Assembly (NCBI GenBank): GCA_964485935.1
Contig: CAZALG010000002.1
Location: forward strand, 1 to 38,479
Length of the DNA: 38,479 nucleotides
Direction of reading: 5' to 3'
Source of the DNA: an uncultured bacterium
Lineage (GTDB): Bacteria > Hydrothermota > UBA3072
Positions within the stretch are counted from its first letter, which is position 1. Each line of letters starts with the position of its first letter. The notes under the pieces are model-generated. The model worked only from the letters and a program-made list of their open reading frames with translations, did not search any database and was not told the DNA's origin. Shown piece by piece: positions 33,860 through 38,479 of the stretch. The translations under genes were made by a program, and so were the position numbers.

Positions 33860-34466
33860 AGCTTTAATAATAGTCGATATACAGAACGATTTCTGTCCGG
33901 GAGGAGCACTGGCAGTACCAGAAGGAGATAAAATAATACCCATAATAAATAAAATGTCCGGAAAATTTAAAAAAGCAGTTGCCACACAGGACTGGCACCC
34001 CGAAAGTCATAAGTCTTTTGCAGTAAATCATCCGGGTAACAAAGTTTACGATGTCATTGAATATAAAGGCATAGAACAGGTACTATGGCCGAAACATTGT
34101 GTGTCGGGAACTCCCGGTGCAGCATTTCATCCCGCCCTCGATACGGAAAACGTAGATTTAATTTTAAGGAAAGGAAGCAACCCCGAAATTGATTCTTATT
34201 CGGCATTCCAGGAAAATGACAAAAAAACCCTGACCGGTCTTGAAGGATATCTAAAATTTTTAAATGTAAAGAAAACTTACTTCTGCGGACTTGCCCTTGA
34301 TTACTGCGTTTTTTACTCAGCGATGGATTCAAAACGATTAGGATTCGAGACATATGTCATAATAGATGCCACAAAGGGAATCGATTCACCCGAAGGAAAT
34401 ATTGATAAAGTCTTAAGAGAAATGAAAGAATCTGATATAAAAATAATTAAATCCTCGGATTTTTAG
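33846..34466 (+). CDS. pncA: nicotinamidase/pyrazinamidase
   Basis: LIIVDIQNDFCPGGALAV, QDWHP, and catalytic Cys in GLALDYCV. Confidence 0.85.
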   Translation: MEKDKALIIVDIQNDFCPGGALAVPEGDKIIPIINKMSGKFKKAVATQDWHPESHKSFAVNHPGNKVYDVIEYKGIEQVLWPKHCVSGTPGAAFHPALDTENVDLILRKGSNPEIDSYSAFQENDKKTLTGLEGYLKFLNVKKTYFCGLALDYCVFYSAMDSKRLGFETYVIIDATKGIDSPEGNIDKVLREMKESDIKIIKSSDF

Positions 34467-34474
34467 GAGGCAGG

Positions 34475-35674
34475 ATGTTACCAGTTGAAATTAGTTCAGG
34501 TATATATTGGATAGGTGTAGACGACCGCACAACGGATTTGTTTGAAGGTCTCTGGCCTATAACAAGGGAAGGCGTCTCATATAATTCTTACCTGATAAGA
34601 GATAAGAAGAAAGCTATAATAGACATGACTAAATCTATCAAGGGAGACGAATTCTTTGACAATATTAATGAGATAGCTGCTATAAAAGATATAAATTATA
34701 TTATCATAAATCATATGGAACCCGATCACTCAGGAATACTTAGAACTTTCCGAAAAATTTCTCCTAACGTAAAAATTTTAGGCTCACAGAAAACAAAAGA
34801 AATGCTCCAAGATTTTTATGGTATAAAAGACAATGTGGAAGTCGTGAAGGACGGCGATGAAATTTCACTGGGAGAAAAGACTCTGAGATTTTTTTCTACC
34901 CCAATGGTTCACTGGCCGGAGACAATTATGACTTACGAGGTTTCTAACAAGATTCTTTTCTCCTGCGATGCCTTTGGAAGTTTTGGAGTACTTGGAGGAA
35001 GTATTTTCGACGATGAATGCAAAAATCTTAACTTTTATATGGATGAAGCAGTCCGTTATTACGTTAACATTGTTGCCAAATTCAGCAAAATGGTTCGGGG
35101 GGCCATAGATAAACTAAAAAGTGTTCCTGTCGAGGTAATCGCCCCTTCCCATGGAAGAGTATGGAGAAAAGATCCAGGCATGATAGTAGAACTATATAAG
35201 AAACTTGCGAGTCTTGAGAGTGAGCAAGCCGATTCCGGAGTTACTTTAATATACGGTTCGATGTACGGAAATACAGAAAACATGATGAACGCGGTAGCTC
35301 AAGGTATTTCCGGGGCAGGTATTCCTCTTGAAATATTCGACGTTTCCAGAACTCACGTAAGTTACATCCTACCTTCCCTATGGACAAAAAGTGGTGTAAT
35401 GATTGGGGCGCCGACTTACGAGGCAGGTCTTTTCCCAACTATGGGAGACGTACTTCGCATGGCAGAACTTAAGCGCATAACAAATAAAAAATTCGCGATG
35501 TTTGGTAGTTACGGGTGGAGTGGCGGAGCTTTAAAAGAAATAAAAAACATAGTCGAACCTGTAAAATGGGAGCTTACCGATTCTTTCGAGTTTAAAGGAG
35601 GCCCTTCAAAAGAGGAACTCAAAAAAGGAGAAGAATTCGGCAGAAAATTTGGCAAACTACTTAAAAATAATTAA
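34475..35674 (+). CDS. fprA: FprA-family A-type flavodiiron protein
   Basis: HMEPDHSG (HxExDH di-iron site) in an MBL-like domain, followed by a flavodoxin-like domain (LIYGSMYGNTE). Confidence 0.85.
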   Translation: MLPVEISSGIYWIGVDDRTTDLFEGLWPITREGVSYNSYLIRDKKKAIIDMTKSIKGDEFFDNINEIAAIKDINYIIINHMEPDHSGILRTFRKISPNVKILGSQKTKEMLQDFYGIKDNVEVVKDGDEISLGEKTLRFFSTPMVHWPETIMTYEVSNKILFSCDAFGSFGVLGGSIFDDECKNLNFYMDEAVRYYVNIVAKFSKMVRGAIDKLKSVPVEVIAPSHGRVWRKDPGMIVELYKKLASLESEQADSGVTLIYGSMYGNTENMMNAVAQGISGAGIPLEIFDVSRTHVSYILPSLWTKSGVMIGAPTYEAGLFPTMGDVLRMAELKRITNKKFAMFGSYGWSGGALKEIKNIVEPVKWELTDSFEFKGGPSKEELKKGEEFGRKFGKLLKNN

Positions 35675-35720
35675 CCACAGAGGCCACAGAGAAAAACAAA
35701 AAAACACAGAGAACACAGAG
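35673..35720 (+). repeat. micro-tandem array AACCACAGAG GCCACAGAG (A-rich linker) ACACAGAG AACACAGAG
   Basis: CACAGAG at 35676, 35685, 35705 and 35714. The fprA TAA stop (35672-35674) is part of the TTAACCAC anchor. Confidence 0.85.
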
Positions 35721-35755
35721 AAGCATTACACTTTTCCTTGTATAATTTTAAATTT

Positions 35756-35790
35756 GCAATTTACAATTTTCAATATCCAATTTACAATGA
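35756..35790 (+). repeat. strict 7-nt x5 array GCAATTT ACAATTT TCAATAT CCAATTT ACAATGA
   Basis: CAAT at 35757, 35764, 35771, 35778 and 35785. Confidence 0.8.
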
Positions 35791-35807
35791 GACATTCTTC
35801 GAATGTC
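35791..35807. repeat. perfect hairpin GACATTC-ttc-GAATGTC
   Basis: The 7-bp arms are exact reverse complements. No T-run follows, so I do not call it an intrinsic terminator. Confidence 0.6.
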
Positions 35808-35891
35808 GCTCTCACTCCACCCTTAAGCCCACGTTAATAGATATTTCGAATGTTCTATAATCAGGATTAAGGGTATTAAGAATATTCATGT

Positions 35892-37262
35892 TTATTCTCT
35901 TATTTTAAATAAAGTGAAGGACTTATTTGAAACATTTATAAGACTAACAGAGCTATGGGCCTCTCCAAGGGTTACTTTTCCCTGAGGATATTCAATTTTT
36001 TTCAAAAGATTTCCCGTTTCACCTTCAAAAACAAAAAGTGTAGAGCTTTCCCAGCCCTTTCCTTCTTTTCCAATAATAAAGACTTTATCTTCTCTAATTT
36101 CTAATTCTCTAAATCTTGGTACATCCTTGGGCCATCTTTTTTGTCTGGGTCCCGGTGCCCACGCTTCTTTATGTTTCCAAAGTATATCTCCATCTTTTGT
36201 ATTGAAACACCATAAATAACCAACTCCAGATATAACATACACTCTTAACCCATCTTCTGAAAATTTGACAACCATATCTCCTCTAATTTCAAGAGGTACT
36301 TGCCATTTTAAGTTTCCACTCCAATCGAAAAAGAACAGGTACTGCTTCCAATCTAAAGTTAATGCACCTGTGGATATTTTATCAAGAATTACAGCAAAAC
36401 CTTCATCCTCACGTTCAGCCATTTCTCCTGTTCTTGCCGAAAATCTATATTCGGGAAGGTCGCAATGTCCTAATATTTTTCCATTTTTATCGATAACATA
36501 CAGGTAAGTTGGTTCTGTCCCGGTCCCGGAAAATGATAGTATGGCAAACTGTCCATCAGGTGAAAATTTTGCGAAGAAAGCAGCTGATTTCTCTTTATCT
36601 GGGTTCTCGATTTTTTTTATTAAATACCCATTTTTATCATATAAATAAAAAGAACCTCCTGTTTGAAACGGTTCTTGCCAGTCTAAATTTGCGGCTATCA
36701 TAAGCCCTTCGTCTGAAACCGCCACCGGTGATGGGCCTTGAATCTCAACGATTTCGTTTCCTCTTGAATCGTACAATACACCGCCTGAATATTTGGGGTT
36801 ATATTCAGTCGGTTGCTTACTCACCAATAAATGTTTTTTTTGTGGAGATGAATAAATATAATCAGCCCCCTTTTCCCAACTAATTGCTATACTTTTTAAA
36901 ATTGAATTATTACTATTGTAAAACCTGAGTTCTTTAACGTAATAGGAACTATTTTTGGTTCTAGTAGCACGGGAACTAACTTTCTCCCCTCTGCGTGATA
37001 TCTTAACAATACTAGGATATTCAATCTTTAATTCACCTCTTGTTTTAACTCTATCCACATATCCTTGTTTCCATCCCAATGATTTAGCAGTTTCAATCGG
37101 CACTGTCGCCGTATCGAAAATAGCATCGACTATTACCTCATCAAGATTTTTCTCATAGATAGTAGTCAGTTCTATTTCTTGAGAATCATCCTGCGCTAAA
37201 ACTGGTAACTTTACTGAAAGTGTGAAAATAGACAAAACGATTAAATTTAATTTCCATAACAT
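35892..37262 (-). CDS. hypothetical secreted protein, probable beta-propeller
   Basis: Signal peptide (…LPVLAQD), repetitive beta-rich sequence with recurrent DG/W motifs, AGGAGG RBS. Confidence 0.5.
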   Translation of the reverse strand: MLWKLNLIVLSIFTLSVKLPVLAQDDSQEIELTTIYEKNLDEVIVDAIFDTATVPIETAKSLGWKQGYVDRVKTRGELKIEYPSIVKISRRGEKVSSRATRTKNSSYYVKELRFYNSNNSILKSIAISWEKGADYIYSSPQKKHLLVSKQPTEYNPKYSGGVLYDSRGNEIVEIQGPSPVAVSDEGLMIAANLDWQEPFQTGGSFYLYDKNGYLIKKIENPDKEKSAAFFAKFSPDGQFAILSFSGTGTEPTYLYVIDKNGKILGHCDLPEYRFSARTGEMAEREDEGFAVILDKISTGALTLDWKQYLFFFDWSGNLKWQVPLEIRGDMVVKFSEDGLRVYVISGVGYLWCFNTKDGDILWKHKEAWAPGPRQKRWPKDVPRFRELEIREDKVFIIGKEGKGWESSTLFVFEGETGNLLKKIEYPQGKVTLGEAHSSVSLINVSNKSFTLFKIRE

Positions 37263-37298
37263 TTTAAACCTCCTTAATACATATTTACTTAACTCATT

Positions 37299-38099
37299 TT
37301 AAAATCCAAAGTTTAATGAAAAAATTAAAGTAAAGTCATACGAGCTTGAGATCGCTTCTCTTACTTCCGGATAGTTGCTGTCTCCGGAATTCCAGGCAAG
37401 AGCTAATTGTAAATGCTTAAATGAAAAAACACCTTGAATAAATGAGTTCCACTCTGGATCTTTACCAAGTTTGTCTATCTCTAATCCAATGCTTATATTA
37501 TCAAGACCAAGCGGTTGTCGCAGAAAGGAATTTAATATCTTGAGCTTCTTCAAACGGGGGTAAAAGTCTATTCCGAGATAGTACCAATCAAAGGGTTTAT
37601 ATATGAAACCTCCGCGGCCGCGAATCTGTATTGGATCGTAAATTACATTACCGGAGAGAGCGACTCGAAATTTATCATTAACCACGAATAAAGTACCAAT
37701 ATTTGAACTATTTTTTCTTACTTTTATACCTGCAGCAAAAATTCCAAATCTTTTAGCAATAATTGGCATTTCTACTTCTTCCAGTGAAGTTGCGGCAAAA
37801 TAGAACCCAAAAGCGTATAAAGAGACAAATGCATTAATCCACTTAATTTGAGGGTAAGCAGAATAAGAAGGATTTCCCCCCAAAGTATCTCCTCTTGTTA
37901 TATTAAGCTCTATGTTTGTGAGTATGTTAATCTGATATTTTCCGTTTACTCTTAAGAAACCCAGAGCACCCGGATTGTTATAGACTGAAGTAGGATCATT
38001 AACTTCAGCCATCATGCCTGCTAAAGAAGGAGTATATGCTTCTTCTCCAATCGATTGAAATATAAACAAAAAACTTAAAGAATATATCAATCCAATCAT
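37299..38099 (-). CDS. hypothetical outer-membrane beta-barrel (PorV/PorP/FadL-like NPxxLG N-terminal motif)
   Basis: Signal-like N-terminus, VYNNPGALGF motif, alternating strands, terminal ...SLNFGF aromatic. Confidence 0.4.
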   Translation of the reverse strand: MIGLIYSLSFLFIFQSIGEEAYTPSLAGMMAEVNDPTSVYNNPGALGFLRVNGKYQINILTNIELNITRGDTLGGNPSYSAYPQIKWINAFVSLYAFGFYFAATSLEEVEMPIIAKRFGIFAAGIKVRKNSSNIGTLFVVNDKFRVALSGNVIYDPIQIRGRGGFIYKPFDWYYLGIDFYPRLKKLKILNSFLRQPLGLDNISIGLEIDKLGKDPEWNSFIQGVFSFKHLQLALAWNSGDSNYPEVREAISSSYDFTLIFSLNFGF

Positions 38100-38138
38100 A
38101 GTTCTCTCACATTGTTGTCCCGGTAAAATTCATAAGAT

Positions 38139-38479
38139 TCATCTAATAATCATAGTTTTATACGTTTTTCTATCTTTCCCAATTTCTACTCTTACAAAAT
38201 AAATTCCTGAATTATCGCTAATCCAGTTAACCGAATAACTGCCTGCTGATTGTATGCCATCGACCAAAAAAGCAACTTTCTGTCCCAATATATTATATAC
38301 ATTTATCTTCACTTTTTCTCTACTGACAACATTATAATTTATCTTAACATTAGAAAAATTATTTATGATTGAAGAAGTCAGTAAGACTTCCTTCTTTTCT
38401 TTAATACCTGCTCCGCCTGTATATCGTATAATGTAGAGTCCATCAGAGCAATCCGCCACATAAATTAAGTTATCCTGAG
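38139..38479 (-). CDS. C-terminal fragment of a larger secreted protein with T9SS/FlgD-Ig-like sorting domain (5' part lies off the window)
   Basis: The frame stays open to the window edge (…QDNLIYVADCSDGLYIIRY, LVIVD-like). The tail KINVYNILGQKV...SGIYFVRVE...KTMIIR is a typical sorting-domain sandwich. Confidence 0.6.
   Translation of the reverse strand, partial: QDNLIYVADCSDGLYIIRYTGGAGIKEKKEVLLTSSIINNFSNVKINYNVVSREKVKINVYNILGQKVAFLVDGIQSAGSYSVNWISDNSGIYFVRVEIGKDRKTYKTMIIR

Noticed and set aside
35649-35837. 62-aa ORF (…INHRGHREKQKNTENTEK…FTIFNIQFT…).
   Set aside because: It is a read-through translation of the CACAGAG and CAATTT arrays. It has no RBS and overlaps the fprA 3' end. The periodic amino-acid pattern is a by-product of the 9-nt and 7-nt DNA repeats.
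1-38479. Mobile genetic element, prophage or defence island.
   Set aside because: No integrase, transposase, recombinase, phage structural, restriction-modification, toxin-antitoxin or cas-like genes are recognisable. The gene content is housekeeping with tight operon packing. The tRNA genes have no flanking direct repeats that I could see.

Overview
AT-rich bacterial chromosomal window. It has no rRNA, CRISPR, transposase, integrase or recognisable defence genes. The gene content looks like the core genome of an uncultivated diderm, possibly FCB-superphylum-like: several secreted proteins carry Por/T9SS-type or FlgD-Ig-like C-terminal domains, and there is a TonB-dependent receptor with a DUF4249-like lipoprotein. 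About 40 CDS are supportable:
- birA.
- A GH5 / outer-membrane barrel / TonB-receptor cluster.
- bioY.
- A roughly 8.5 kb minus-strand unit: tRNA-Arg(ACG), tadA, tRNA-Ser(CGA), an M6-like metalloprotease, cysS, rsmB and two PASTA-only proteins.
- An ArsR / radical-SAM / apgM operon.
- An FMN-riboswitch-controlled ribD-ribE-ribBA-ribH-nusB operon.
- maf-mtnA-comEA.
- A mixed salvage/detoxification operon ending in arsC-pncA-fprA.

The feature I could not assign to any described class is non-coding. Seven of the eight intergenic gaps longer than about 150 nt, plus one 110-nt gap, are packed with short head-to-tail arrays. Each array has usually 3 units of 9-10 nt, sometimes 7 nt, with an invariant CAC core once per helical turn. 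The outer unit is anchored by (TT)AACCAC. Some arrays are followed by a CCCCTCCACCCC-like C-box. They often occur as inverted pairs, and segments identical over 13-19 nt (20/21 in one further pair) recur kilobases apart. At four promoter-like sites the anchor hexamer lies 20-24 nt upstream of the -35 box. At two genes the stop codon is embedded in the first repeat unit. All protein calls rest on motif recognition by eye; no searches were run.
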